DNA of 64,000 bases, from NCBI RefSeq assembly GCF_020745735.1, contig NC_083404.1, forward strand, positions 13,020,001-13,084,000. Reading direction: 5' to 3'. This DNA comes from Hemiscyllium ocellatum. Lineage: Eukaryota. Made by a program: the position numbers and the translations under genes. Under the pieces are notes generated by a model. The model did no database searches. It saw nothing but the letters and a program-made list of their open reading frames with translations, and was not told the DNA's origin. Below, in pieces: positions 50,696 through 63,302 of the stretch (within the stretch, counting starts at the first letter, position 1; every line of letters begins with the position of its first letter).

Positions 50696-50923
50696 TTAAA
50701 AACCACATACCACCAGGTTCTAGTCCGACAGGTTTATTTGGAAGCACTAGCTTTCGGAGCGCTGCTCCTTCATCAGCTGGTTGTCCAAAGTTGATGCAGC
50801 GTTGATGAAGGAGCAGCGCTCCGAAAGCTAGTGCTTCCAAATAAACCTGTTGGACCAGAATCTGGTGTTGTGCGATTTTTAACTTTGTCCATCCCAGTCC
50901 AACACTGGCACCTTCAAGTCATG
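50696..50923. mobile_element. Fold-back PLE end (family B)
   Basis: TSD ATTCTGAAyATTG (50683-50695 / 50924-50936); inverted arms; ~40-nt tail; minus-strand hammerhead core at 50745-50776. Confidence 0.85.
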
Positions 50924-51285
50924 ATTCTGAATATTGCGATGCTGTTTTTTTATGGCCAGACTGTGGGTGAGGATCCCCAATTTGTTACAGTTTTGGATGG
51001 GATATCCCAAACTGTTCAGGTCTTGGGTGAGAAGGAGTGAACTAGCTGTCCTCCTGTGATCACAGTACAGCCTCTTTGAAGCTTCTATGTTATGTTCCCT
51101 TTATGTGTTATATCCCACTGACCCCATGCAGAATGTTTAACGCCTGCAGTTATTCTGTTAAAACTTCTCTTTAAGAAAGATGCAGTTTGGAATAAAGAAC
51201 TAAAAAGGCCTGTATTATTTGGGCTTCTGACTTGCCATTGTAATATTTCTCTGACTGGAAGAACGAAATGGAATCCATTCTTATT

Positions 51286-51867
51286 AGATTAGATTACTTA
51301 CAGTGTGGAAACAGGCCCTTCGGCCCAACAAGTCCACACCGACCCGCCGAAGCGAAACCCACCCATACCCCTACATTTACCTCTTACCTAACACTATGGG
51401 CAATTTAGCATGACCAATTCACCTGACCCGCACATCTTTGTGACTGTGGGAGGAAACCGGAGCACCCGGAGGAAACCCACGCAGACACGGGGAGAACGTG
51501 CAAACTCCACACAGTCAGTCACCTGAGTCGGGAACTGAACCCGGGTCTCAGGCGCTGTGAGACAGCAGTGCTAACCACTGTGCCACGGTGGCACAGTGGT
51601 TAGCACTGCTGCCTCACAGTGCCAGGGACCTGGGTTCAATTCCCGCCTCAGGCGACTGACTGTGTGGAGTTTGCACGTTCTCCCCGTGTCTGTGTGGGTT
51701 TTCTCCGGGTGCTCCGGTTTCCTCCCACAGTCAGGTGAATTAGCCATGCTAAATTGCCCGTAGTGTTAGGTAATGGGTAATGTAGGGGTATGGGTGGGTT
51801 GCGCTTTGGTGGGTCGGTGTGGACTTTTTGGGCCGAAGGGCCTGTTTCCACACTGTAAGTAATCTAA
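51286..51867. mobile_element. Head-to-head HE1 SINE dimer
   Basis: Minus copy to 51586 and plus copy from 51588, fused at GTGCCAC-G-GTGGCAC; flanking TCTTATT duplication. Confidence 0.92.
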
Positions 51868-51978
51868 TCTTATTTCATTCCAAAGGGTGAAGAAGAGTTG
51901 AATGTATAAAGCAGACTTTCCTACCAACTTTCTCTCAGCCTCAGTCAATATTATCTTTAGAATTCTAACTGGGTCTCT

Positions 51979-53180
51979 TTACATTCTGGACAGGGTGTCT
52001 ACAATTCAATCAATTTCCCTCTAAGGTAAACGGTTTTTAAGTGTCATGATTGAAAGAACGTGGAATAAACTGGCATTTTTGGGTCTTAAAATTTTCCAGA
52101 AAAGTTGAAGAGTTTTGGTCAAAATAGGCTGCAGTGTCTCTGCATCAACATTGGACATATATCTGAAAATGTTTGACAGCAAATAATAAACCAAACTCTC
52201 CTGTGGAGTGCTGGATCTGACATCTGTTTGGTTTCTTTTTAAGAGAAGTTGGTCTCTCTGTTTCAGATTTGGCTTCCTGAAAACAAAAAAAGGAATCACT
52301 ATCTCATATCCGTCACATTGATATCGTTTTTAAATGGTTGTTTAAAGTTTCAAGCTGCAATCACAGCCTCACTTATTAAACTGACTTTTCAAAAAGCAGT
52401 TTGGCATTTCTCTGTCCATGCTGCTTCTGTTTTTCTCTGTAGTAGTTCAGTCAGCAGGGCAGCTACGGCATTGAAGTTTGAGATGAACCTACAGTAGAGC
52501 CCACACGTATCCTGAAACTTCAAGATGTCTGTATTTTTTGCAGGATTAGGGAACTGTGCCTCTACCTGTGCAGCTCTGGACAACACTTACCACCATGTGA
52601 TCCATATCAGTCAGCTGGGTCTTAGTGAACTCGCTCTTTGTGCTAGATTAGTGATGGTATTTTCTGGAAAGGGACTTCCACTTGCTCTAAGTGCATTTCC
52701 CTAGTGCTCTAAAATGTTACCTCTATACAGTGGCAACTAACTGAACTTGCCAATACAGAGGAACCTCGATTATCCAGCATTCGATTATCCGAATTTTGGA
52801 TTGTCCGGACAAGATCGCACGGTCCATGCTTGGCTAAACTGTGTTATCCGGCATTTGATTATCCGAGCGTTTGATTATCCGAACAAATTTACTCCCCTCT
52901 GAGGCGTTCACATAATCGCGGTTCCTCTGTGTCTGGTTCATCAGACTGAGCCGTTGAAAAGTGACTGGGACATTTTGGAGTCCAATTGGCATGACGTGAC
53001 TGGTTTGGAATTATGAAGACTGAAGATTTCCTTTGTGTAGGCAAGGAAAGGAGCCTGAGTAAATTGGAGGCTGGTTTACCTTACCAGAAATTTCCAGTGG
53101 GTTATTGTCTCTGGTCAATGCATCAACGCAGAGCTTTATGGAGCCATCCAACTTGGGCAAGAGGATAACTGGGGATCTCC
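51979..53180 (-). pseudogene. Gypsy LTR-retrotransposon pol relic (RT-RNase H)
   Basis: WRSPVILLPKLDGSIKLCVD; VMPIGLQNVPVTFQRL; GLYCRFISNFNAVAALLTELL..WTEKCQTAF; NFKQPF; IVDTLSRM*. Confidence 0.82.
52756..52929. mobile_element. Tigger/pogo-like MITE inside the Gypsy relic
   Basis: TIRs CAGAGGAACCTCGATTAT / ATAATCGCGGTTCCTCTG; internal GATTATCCG repeats; TA on the left. Confidence 0.78.
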
Positions 53181-53689
53181 AGCCAGCTATTGTCCCTGAG
53201 TTGGTGTTCCAGCATGCAGTGAGGGGGATGTACGCACCCATTGCCTTATTCTTTTTGTTCTTCTTTGCAGAATTACAAAGCAAGATGTAAAAAAAAACAA
53301 GAGCATCTCACCCCAGCTCAATCAGTAGCACTGAGGCTGAAACCTTAGAGGAAGCACCATCATGGCATTCACTTGTGCCCTCTACTAGCACAGACAGAAC
53401 CATCTCCTGGGTACATATTCTGAATTAAACTCGGGATCACAGTCTGGTAAAGCACATATGCTCATAGTCGATCAGAGATGTAATAATTGAAGTCCCAGGC
53501 ACTAAAACTTCTGCTGGAGACTGAGCCCCATTGAACCGTATATAGAGGATTAGTCATTGGATTTGGCAACAAGAGATTTACTGGAGATGCAAAGGCAGCG
53601 AGAGTACATCAGGCAGAGGTGCTACAGACCGTGAGCTGATCAATGACCGTCCCTCCATAAGGTCAGAAATGGGCATGTACTCCAGTGAT

Positions 53690-54820
53690 TGCATAATGTT
53701 CAGCACCGGTCACAACTCCTCAGATATAGAAGCAGCCCATGTCCATATGGAGTGATGGACATCCAGGCTTAGGTTTATAACTGGCAAATAACATTTGCAC
53801 AGCGCAAGTGGCAGTCAATGACCATCTCCACTAAAAGAGAATCTAACCATTGCCCCTTTGAATTCAATGTCATTACCAGCACTGAATCCCTCACTATTGA
53901 CAGCCTGGGATTACCATTGATCAGAAACTGAACTGGACCAGCCTTATAAATACTGAGCAGGCCAGAGGCTAGGAAAAGTGCAGAGAATAACTCACCTCCT
54001 GACTCCCCAAAGCCTGTCCATAATCTGCAAAGTACAAGTCAGGAGTGTGATGGAATACTCCCCATTTGCCCAGATGGATACAGCTCCAACAACACTCATG
54101 AAGCTTAGGGTGGCACAGTGCTTCAGTGGTTAGCAACGTTGCCTCACAGCATCAGGGGACCAGGTTCGATTCCACCCTTAGGTGACTGTCTGGATGGAGT
54201 TTGCATGTTCTCCCATGTCTGTGTGGGTTTCTTCCGGATGCTCCAGTTACCTCCCACAGCCCAAAGGTGTGCAGGTTAGCTAGACTGGTCATGGGAAATT
54301 GCCGCTAGTGTCCAGGGATGTGTGGGCTAGGTGAATTAGCCATGGGAAATGCACGGTTACAAGGATAGGATAGGGGAATGAGTCTGGGTGGGATGCTCTT
54401 TAGACGGGCAGTGCGGGATCATTGGGCTGAATAGCCTGCTTCTGCACTGTAGGGATTCTATGATTCTACCATCCAGGACAAAACAACTTGAATGACATCA
54501 CATCCACTTCTGTCCACCAATGACACACAGTGGCAGCAGTGAGTGACATGTACAAGATGCACTGTAACTACTCATCAAGATTTCTTAGCACTTCCCAAAC
54601 CCATGACCCGCTAACATCTCGAAGGACAAGGGGGAACTATATTACCATTGTTTTACTGTCACTGGATGAAAAATCCTGAAACTCCCTCCATATCAGCATT
54701 GGATGGAGGAATGGAAGACATGGTTCAAGAGGGCACCTCACCATCATCTTCTCAAGGGCAATTTAGGATGTACAGTAAATGCTCACCAACTAGTGACACC
54801 CACAATCCATGAATGACTGA
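53690..54820 (+). mobile_element. LINE family 2 3' portion
   Basis: Homologous to the reverse complement of 35098-35930. Confidence 0.82.
54107..54466 (+). mobile_element. V-SINE nested in LINE family 2
   Basis: A and B boxes, V-domain, GGGATTCTATGATTCTA end. Confidence 0.85.
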
Positions 54821-55155
54821 AAAAAGAGTGCCTTTGGTGGCATTAAACTCTTCCATAGTCAGCAGTTATTTAGTCTCCATTATGAGAATTGGAGTTTCCT
54901 GGTTATTACTCATGCAGCATAATAAATATCATGTTTGACATATGGATTTTTAACCCAGGTTCTGATAAACCTACAATGACTTTGCTAGCATATGTTGTGC
55001 TTGGATAGGGATTAATCTGGGATCAGTCTTCATAAAACATCGAGAAAAATAATCAGTCGACAGATTTTTTGATGCTCGATGCAGCCAAACTCAGAACTAG
55101 AGCAAGTAAATTGAAATTTCTAAACTATTTTAATTGAAAGAGGCTTTAGTTAAGA

Positions 55156-55867
55156 TTAGATTACTTACAGTGTGGAAACAGGCCCTTCGGCCCAACAAGT
55201 CCACACCGACCCGCCGAAGCGAAACCCACCCATGCCCCTATATTTGCCCCTTACCTAACACTATGGGCAATTTAGCATGGCCAATTCACCTGACCTGCAC
55301 ATCTTTGTGACTGTGGGAGGAAACTGGAGCACCCGGAGGAAACCCACGCAGACACGGGGAGAACGTGCAAACTCCACACAGTCAGTCGCCTGAGGCAGGA
55401 ATTGAACCCAGGTCTCTGGCGCTGTGAGGCAACAGTGCTAACCACTGTACCACTGTGCCACCCAAACCACTGTGCCACCGTGCCACCCAACCACTGTGCC
55501 ACCGTGCCACCCAACCACTGTGCCACCGTGCCACCCAGCCACTGTGCCACCGTGCCACCCATTACACGGCACGGTGGCACAGTGGTTAGCACTGCTGCCT
55601 CACAGCGTCAGAGACCCGGGTTCAATTCCTGCCTCAGGCAACTGACTGTGTGGAGTTTGCACGTTCTCCCCGTGTCTGCGTGGGTTTCCTCCGGGTGCTC
55701 CGGTTTCCTCCCACAGTCACAAAGATGTGCGGGTCAGGTGAATTGGCCATGCTAAATTGCCCGTAGTGTTAGGTAAGGGGTATATGTATGGGTGGGTTGC
55801 GCTTCGGCGGGTCGGTGTGGACTTGTTGGGCCGAAAGGCCTGTTTCCACACTGTAAGTAATCTAATC
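55156..55867. mobile_element. Head-to-head HE1 SINE dimer with reiterated 5' end
   Basis: Minus copy, 24-nt tandem array, ATTACAC filler, plus copy from 55568; flanking TTAAGA duplication. Confidence 0.92.
55440..55560 (-). repeat. Five copies of the 24-nt HE1 5' terminus
   Basis: Unit AACCACTGTGCCACCGTGCCACCC at 55440, 55465, 55489, 55513 and 55537 (first and last with substitutions). Confidence 0.92.
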
Positions 55868-56581
55868 TTAAGAATTGTTTGTAATTTGTGATGCTTTTTC
55901 TGTTCACAGGTGACTCCAACCTATTTCTCAGAATGAATTAATTTCTTTCAGAGAGTAATTATCTTAAAAGGTAATTAGTGTAAATTTGCCTATGTATTTT
56001 GCACAGTTGATTCTCAAAATGTGCTACTGATTTTAGGCAAAATTTGGCACTGGTTAAATCTTAAATGTTAAAAATTGGACAATATATAAGTTTGATTTTT
56101 CCCTCTGTTGTGTCATTTACACACGTGCCTGCAATACACAATGACTTACATCTTTTGACTTTTGGCTTTCTACACACTATCATGAGCTCTCGTCAATTAT
56201 TATAGATAGCAAGCCTTCTCTAGAGAGAGGGTTAGCTCTAGTCAAATTGGGAAAGAGATCAATTTATGAAAGTGAGTGTTGCCAAGAAACATGGATATGT
56301 CCTGGAGAGATGGGGATTTCGAAGCAGTGAAGAACAGGAAATGTGAACTGTGTGAAAAGAATAACGGAAGCATAATGACAGGAGTGGGAGGATGGCTAAT
56401 TCTAGTTGCCAAAAGAGGACCCATAGTAGAGAAGGGGGAAGACAAAGAAGAAGCAAAAGAGAGAAATATAAGGGTAAGTGAACAGTCATCATGGGAAAGA
56501 GCTGATGGAGCAGGTGTAATAGGACAGAAAGAAATGTAGATAAAAATCTGATTCAATGGTCGTAAAGCAGCAGCAGCCATT

Positions 56582-56875
56582 AGGGTGAGAGGGGAAAGAT
56601 ATAAAAGAGACCTAATGGGCAACGTTTTCATACAGAGGGTGGTACGTGTATGGAATGAGCTGCCAGAGGATGTGGTGGAGGCTGGTACAATTGCAACATT
56701 TAAGAGGCATTTGGATGGGTATATGAATAGGAAGGGTTTGGAGGGATATGGGCCGGGTACTGGCAGGTGGGACTAGATTGGGTTGGGATATCTGGTCGGC
56801 ATGGGCGGTATGGACGGGTTGGACTGAAGGGTCTGTTTCCATGCTGTACATCTCTATGACTCTATCACTCTATGA
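56582..56875 (+). mobile_element. HER1/CR1 3' end
   Basis: Near-identical to 33250-33520. Confidence 0.92.
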
Positions 56876-56954
56876 TCCACATTGAAGGATATAAATAGAA
56901 TGAAGAAAGGAACACAGTTAAGCATGACATTTTAAAGGGTGGATGGAGGGTGGA

Positions 56955-57260
56955 CTGGTGGCACTGCTGCCTTGTAGTGTCAGGGACCCAGGTTTGATTC
57001 CAGCCTGTGTGGAGTTTGCATGTTGTCTTTGTGTTTGTGTGTGTTTCTGCTGGGTCCTCTGGTTTCCACACAGAGTCACAAAGGTTAGGTGGGTTGGCCA
57101 TGCTAAATTGCCCATTGTGTGTAGGATTGTGCAGGTTAAGTGGGTTAGCTATGGGAAATGCAGGGTTACAGGGCTAGGATAGGGGTTTGAGTCTGGATGG
57201 GAGAGTTTGTGCAGACTCAATGGTCCAAATGACCTCTATATGCACTGTAGGGATTCTATG
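56955..57260 (+). mobile_element. V-SINE, diverged
   Basis: Homologous to 54107-54466. Confidence 0.75.
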
Positions 57261-57389
57261 AACCAAAATTTATTGGGATAATTAATAGACACGAAAGAAG
57301 GCTTTGGAGGTTTTGACTAGAAATCTCTAAGAACACGCCTGACATCTCAAACAACAGTAAGAGGTTAGGAACATCATCATCATCTGTTC

Positions 57390-57790
57390 CTTGACTGAAG
57401 GATGATGTTTACTGAGGGTTGTGAGTTTCTGCCAAAGATCTTCTAGTGGCTGAACAAGCAAATCCTCAGGCCTTTGGCTACATGGAGCAGGATGCATTGT
57501 CAAGAGTGCAGCATTTACTTCCTTAACTTCCCTTATCTGCTGCTGCTGCTTCATTTCATCATTTAGGCATTTGTACTCAGGACATAATACAGCCCTGATG
57601 GACAAGTTCCCTCCAATTTGAATGATTGGTATCATTCACCTCAACACGTGCTTCATGGAGAGTTTCAGAGAGTCACTGTAGCATTTTCTTAGGTCTCCCC
57701 TGAAATGTTAGCCATTTGAGAGTTGAGAAAACTTGTTAGGCAGACACTTACAGCAATATAGACAATGTCCAATCCACTGTAGTCCCATGG
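57390..57790 (-). mobile_element. RTE-clade LINE 3' remnant
   Basis: Manual minus-strand translation near 57650-57700 RKCYSDSLKLSMK resembles the RTE G.QRKRYKD.LK motif. Confidence 0.45.
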
Positions 57791-57974
57791 TTACACAGTA
57801 AGAGGAATGAATCATTCAGTACCTAGAATCTGTTGTACCACGCTTTTAAGTTATGGCTGATCTCTGCCTCAGCTCCAATTACTCACTCTACTACACACTT
57901 GGAAAATTCTGTCTTAAGATATAGTCATTTAGATATTTAGGGAAAAGTCCAGATGTCTATGAATAGCTGTAAAT

Positions 57975-58575
57975 GGGGACTATCAGGGGCTGGCATGGGT
58001 TGTGCATAATAGCAGACCATGTGATAACAAGACCTGGTGCGCAGGGGTTCAGGTAAGGACATGGGAGAAGGTTCTAAAATCGCTGAATATGATATTGAGT
58101 CCAGAAAGCTATGGGGTTCCCAAGTGGAAAATGAGATGCTGTTGTTCCAGCTTGTGCTGAACTCTGCTGGAACACTGCAGCAAGCCTGAGACTAAGATAT
58201 TGGCCAGGGAACTCTAGAGCCTTCTGGACTCAATATTGAGTTCAATCATTTTCACTCTTGAGGCATCTTCTGCCATATCTTTAGCCCCACACCAGGCATG
58301 GTCTGCTATTATGCACAACCCATTGTTGGCCATTAATTGTCCCCATTATTAGATATTCATTATCCCAGCCTGATTGTTATCCACTCCTTTGGCTGTCCAA
58401 CTGTTTTTCTCTCTCTTTGGGCTCTATCTCTACCTCTCATTTATTTCTTACCTCCTCCCCCCACCTATCTTTTGCATAAAAAACAACTTTTTCCAAACTA
58501 TCATCAGTTCTGAGGAAGGGTCACTGGACCCTGAAATACTACCTCGGATTTTCCAGCGACTTCTGTTTTTGTTCA
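57975..58575. mobile_element. PLE family C 3' end with inverted upstream segment
   Basis: GAATATGATATTGAGTCCAGAAAGCT (58085) mirrors AGCCTTCTGGACTCAATATTGAGTTC (58217); decayed CTGAGGA..GAAA near 58510. Confidence 0.62.
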
Positions 58576-60049
58576 TGCAGGTGCATGCCTACGTTACAGC
58601 CAACTCTATTTTCTTAGGGTGAAAAGATCACTTCCAAGTCTACTTCAACTGGAATGGGGATGAAACTCCATGCAGCTGCCTTACATCTGATCCATACGCC
58701 AGCCATCTAGACATGTGAGCTAACTGCACCCACCCCCACCCCCACCCCCACGCGTCAGCTGTTCTTTGAGATCCTTTGATAAGAATACAGCAACCTGGAT
58801 GGGTCTGAGTATTCCCTTTAGTGCAGTTCGGTAATGCATTGAAGATGCTAGGTGATGGTGTGCTTTCAGTCACATAACAGGAGAGCTACTGCTGCCAACA
58901 GATTGAAAGGACCATCTGCCACATCAGGAGATGAAAGTCGATGAGCCAACGGATACAGCTGCAGTGGGAAGCTTCCAAAATCAGTTTCCAGCAAGAACTA
59001 TACACCAACAACACATTGCTTCTCTGATACAACTCCTTCCCATGACCCGTAACCTTATCCCCTCACTTCCCTCTCAGATCAGCAATTAAACCAGTCCATC
59101 TACTCTCCAGTCAAAGAATTTTCATCCCACTGACCATCGTTCGCCTGGTTTTGGTGGATTCACTGCTACTACCACAGTGCTGTTTGTGAATTGTTCTGAG
59201 AATAACAATTAGGATTGTTTTTCTTTGTTTGAAACCAGTTTTCCCTTATGTCACCAAATCAAAAAAAACAAATGATCGTGAATGGTTGAAGATTTTACAC
59301 CTTAACTGATTTTCTTTCCATTTTGATGTTGATCTGTCGTTCAATGACCAAAGTTAAAATAAACCCATTTGCCTTTTTCAACATCTGGAAACAATAAAGA
59401 TGTAATGAATAAAAGCTAACAGAAACTGGCTGCCTCTATGGTTAAATCAGACACTTCTGCAATCTTTTTTTCATCTAAGGTACATCTCAAGGCATTGAAG
59501 CCAAAAAGGAACCAGTCTATGTACGTATGCGATCATATTCTAAATATAAGCTACATATGACCATACACAGTCTTGAATGGTGTGTTTTCATTGATTCAGT
59601 GGAAACCACTAGCCTATTAACTTATTAAAGTTTGGCTAATTACGTCGCACGTTGTTCATTAGCAACTTCTGGTAGGGTCAGTGACTCACAACACTTGTGT
59701 TCTGTTCTGTGGATTCAAATCTCCTCTGGTAATAATTTGTTGGCCAAAATAATAATAAAGAATTTTATTCAACGACAAGCTTGCCAGTTTATTCATTTGT
59801 TTGTAATCATCGTGTTCGTGTAGTAGTAGCTTCTGTTGTCCACATTCTGTAGGACTATCAAGGTAAAACTTTTCACATTCTGCAAGGTTTTATTCCTCAG
59901 GCAATGTCAGTTGCATTAGCTAACTTGTAAAATCAGCTGGAAGAAGTCTTGAATCTAAGGTTTAAAACTAAGTTAGCCTTGATTGAAAACCTGTTGGGGT
60001 ATGAAAAATAATATAGCAGCAAGAACTAAGACAAGTAGTTTAATTTTAA

Positions 60050-60368
60050 TTCATTCATAGGATGTGGGTATTGCTGACTGCACCAGAGGGCAGGTAAGAG
60101 TCAACCACATTGTTGTGGGTCAGGAATCACATGTGGTCCAGACCAGATGAGATGGTAGTTTCCTTCCCTAAAGGGCATTAGTGAATCAGATGGGTTTTTT
60201 TTCCTAACAATGAGCAACGAATTCATAGTAATCATTAGACCTTTATTTCCAGATTGTGATTTAATTCAAATTCCATCATCTGCTGTGACAGGATTCGGGT
60301 CCCAAGAACATTCGCTGGGTCTCTAGAATAATAGGCTAGCAGTAATACCACTAAGCCATCATCTCCCT
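60050..60368 (-). mobile_element. tRNA SINE with LINE-2 tail
   Basis: Homologous to the reverse complement of 36786-37113. Confidence 0.75.
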
Positions 60369-60751
60369 GAGCTAATTGAGACATTGGTTGGTTATAAATT
60401 GATAATGAGGATGTATTAGAAAAGCTGACTATACTTTAATCACCAAGATGAGATCTGGTGCAGTCAATGGTACCAAATGAAGCCAGAATGAAAATTGCAG
60501 AGGCATTGGAGAGAGTTTTTTGATCGTCCTTCGAAGAAAACATGATGCCTGAGTGTTGGGGAAACTCAAACTTTAGACAATCATTCAAAAGATAAGGCCA
60601 CCTAACAACTGTGTGGTTAAATGCAAGCTGAATCGATAGCCAAATCTTTGTTTTATCAGATAGCCTCATTGTAACTGCTTGACTGAAATCCAAGACTAAC
60701 AAATGGACTCTGCCAGGCAAGGAGGGGAGGGGCTGGGTGGTTAACCAGTTA

Positions 60752-62880
60752 TAGAGTAATAGAGTCATAGAGATATACAGCATGGAAACAGACCCTTCGG
60801 TCCAACCCGTCCACGCCGACCAGATATCTCAACCCCATCTAGTCCCACCTGACACACCCCGCCCATATCCCTCCAAACCCTTCCAATTCATATACCCATC
60901 CAAATGCCTCTTAAATGTTGCAATTGTACCAGCCTCCACCACTTCCTCTGGCAGCTCATTCCATACACGTACCCCCTCTCACCTTAAAACTATGCCCTCT
61001 AGTTCTGCAATCCCTGACCCCAGGGAAAAGACTTTGTCTATTTACCCTATCCATGCCCCTCATAATTTTTTAAACCTCTATAAAGTCACCCCTTAGCCTC
61101 CAATGCTCCAGGGAAAACAGCCCCAGACTGTACAGCCTCTCCCTATAGCTCAAATCCCTCAACCCTGGCAACATCATTGTAAATCGTTTCTGAACCCTTT
61201 CAAGTTTCACAACATCTTTCCGATAGGAAGGAGACCAGAATTGCACGCAATATTCCAACAATGGCCTAACCAATGTCCTGTACAGCCACAACATGACCTC
61301 CCAACTCCTGTACTCAATACTCTGGCTAATAAAGGAAAGCATACCAAACACCTTCTTCATTATTCCATCTACCTGCGATTCCATTTTCAAGGAGCTATGA
61401 ACCTGCACTCCAAGGCGTCTTTGTTCAGCAACGCTCCTTCGGACCTTACCATTAAGTGTATAAGTCCTGCTAAGATTTGCTTTCCCAAAATGCAGCACCT
61501 CGCATTTATCTGAATTAAACTCCATCTGCCACTTCTCAGCCCATTGGCCCATCTGGTCAAGAACCTGTTGTAATCTGAGGTAACCCTCTTCGCTGTCTAC
61601 TACACCTCCAATTTTGGTGTCAGCTGCAAACTTATGAACTGTACCTCTTATGCGTGCATCCAAATCATTTATGTAAATGACAAAAAGTAGACGACCCAGC
61701 ACCGATCCTTGTGGCATTCCACTGGTGACAGGCCTCCAGTCTGAAAAAAAACCCTCCACCACCACCCTCTGTCTTCTACCTTTGAGCCAGTTCTGTATCC
61801 AAATGCCTACTTCTCCCTGTATTCCATGAGATCTAACCTTGCTAACCAGTCTCCCATGGGGAACCTTGTCGAACACCTTACTGAAGTCCTTATAGATCAT
61901 ATCCACCACTTTGCCCTTATCAATCCTCTTTGTTACTTCTTCAAAAAACTGAATCAAGTTTGTGCGATATGATTTCCCACGCACAAAGCCATGTTGACTA
62001 TTCCTAATCAGTCCTTGCCTTTCCAAATACATGTACATCCTGTCCCTCAGGATTCCCTCCAAGAACTTGCCCACCACCAATGTCAGGCTCACTGGTCTTT
62101 AGTTCCCTGGCTTCTGCTTACCACCTTTCTTAAACAATGGCAACACATTAGCCAACCTTCAGTCTTCTGGCACCTCACCTGGGACTATCGATGATATAAA
62201 TATCTCAGTAAGAGGCCCAGCAATCACTTTCCTAGCTTCCCATAGAGTTCTCAGGTACACCTGATCAGGCCCTGGGGATTTATTCACTTTTATGCGTTTC
62301 AAGACATCCAGCACTTCCTCCTCTGTAATATGGACATTTTTCAAGATGTCACCATCTATTTCCCCACATTCTACATCTTCTGTGTCCTTTTCCGCAGTAA
62401 ATACTGATGCAAAATACTCATTTAGTATCTCCCCCATTTTCTGCGGCTTCACACAAAGGCCACCTTCCTGATCTTTGAGGGGGCCTATTCTCTCCCTAGT
62501 TACCCTTTTGTCCTTAACATATTTGTAAAAACCCTTTGGATTCTCCATAATTCTATTTGCCAAAGATATCTCATGTCCCCATTTTGCCCTCCTGATTTCC
62601 CTCTTAAATATACTCCTTTATACTCTTCTAAGGATTCACTCGATCTATCCTGTCTATACCTTACATATGCTTCCTTCTTTTTCTTAACCAAACCCTCAAT
62701 TTCTTTAGTCATCCAACATTCCCTATACCTACCAGCCTTTCCTTTCACCCTGACAGGAATATACTTCCTCTGGATACTTGTTATCTCATTTCTGAAGGCG
62801 TCCCATTTTCCAGCCGTCCCTTTATCTGCGAACATCTGCCTCCAATCAACTTTCAAAAGTTCTTGCCTAATATCATTGAA
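60752..62880 (-). mobile_element. HER1/CR1 LINE, young 2.1-kb 5'-truncated copy
   Basis: ORFs 62500-62856, 62159-62563 and 61070-62092 tile ORF2; 3' UTR and terminal repeat present. Confidence 0.95.
61070..62092 (-). pseudogene. CR1 ORF2 reverse transcriptase fragment (340 aa open)
   Basis: QHGFVRGKS, DFSKVFDKV, GMPQGSVLG; FAAD in place of catalytic FADD, so probably inactive. Confidence 0.9.
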
Positions 62881-63191
62881 AAGGGGCTTGCCAGCTTTGA
62901 GCAGTTTTATCAGCTTCTTATCGTTCCGTTTGTTTGAAATGATTTCTCAATGTCCATGTGCTTATTTAGACAAGATTCAAGGTTTAAAAAAATGCAATTT
63001 TCCGTGTCTGTGATTATTTGTTGGATTTAAGAGAATGCAAGAAGAAAGTTATCTTCATAAGAACGTTATTGTTTATGTCCTGTTGTTTATTTCACAAATA
63101 TTTGAATGAGGGGACAGTGTTGTTATGCTGCTGATTGGTTCTGTGCACGAGTAGATACTGGAAGGATGATTCATGTCTTACCAAATGTCAG

Positions 63192-63302
63192 AGGAGAAAG
63201 TGAGGTCTGCAGATACTGGAGATCAGAGCTGAAAATGTGTTGCTGGAAAAGCGCAGCAGGTCAGGCAGTTTCCAAGGAACAGGAGATTTGACGTTTCGGG
63301 CA
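63192..63302 (-). mobile_element. PLE family A terminus
   Basis: TSD AAATGTCAG (63183-63191 / 63303-63311); homologous to 22962-23070. Confidence 0.8.

Noticed and set aside
55440-55560. CRISPR-like array of 24-nt repeats
   Set aside because: No spacers, eukaryotic context, and the unit is the HE1 5' end.
56276-56539. Charged 87-aa ORF with CxxC
   Set aside because: No homology recognised and no convincing splice context.
61070-62092. Active or domesticated reverse transcriptase
   Set aside because: Catalytic motif reads FAAD, neighbouring segments are frameshifted, and there is no endonuclease or promoter.
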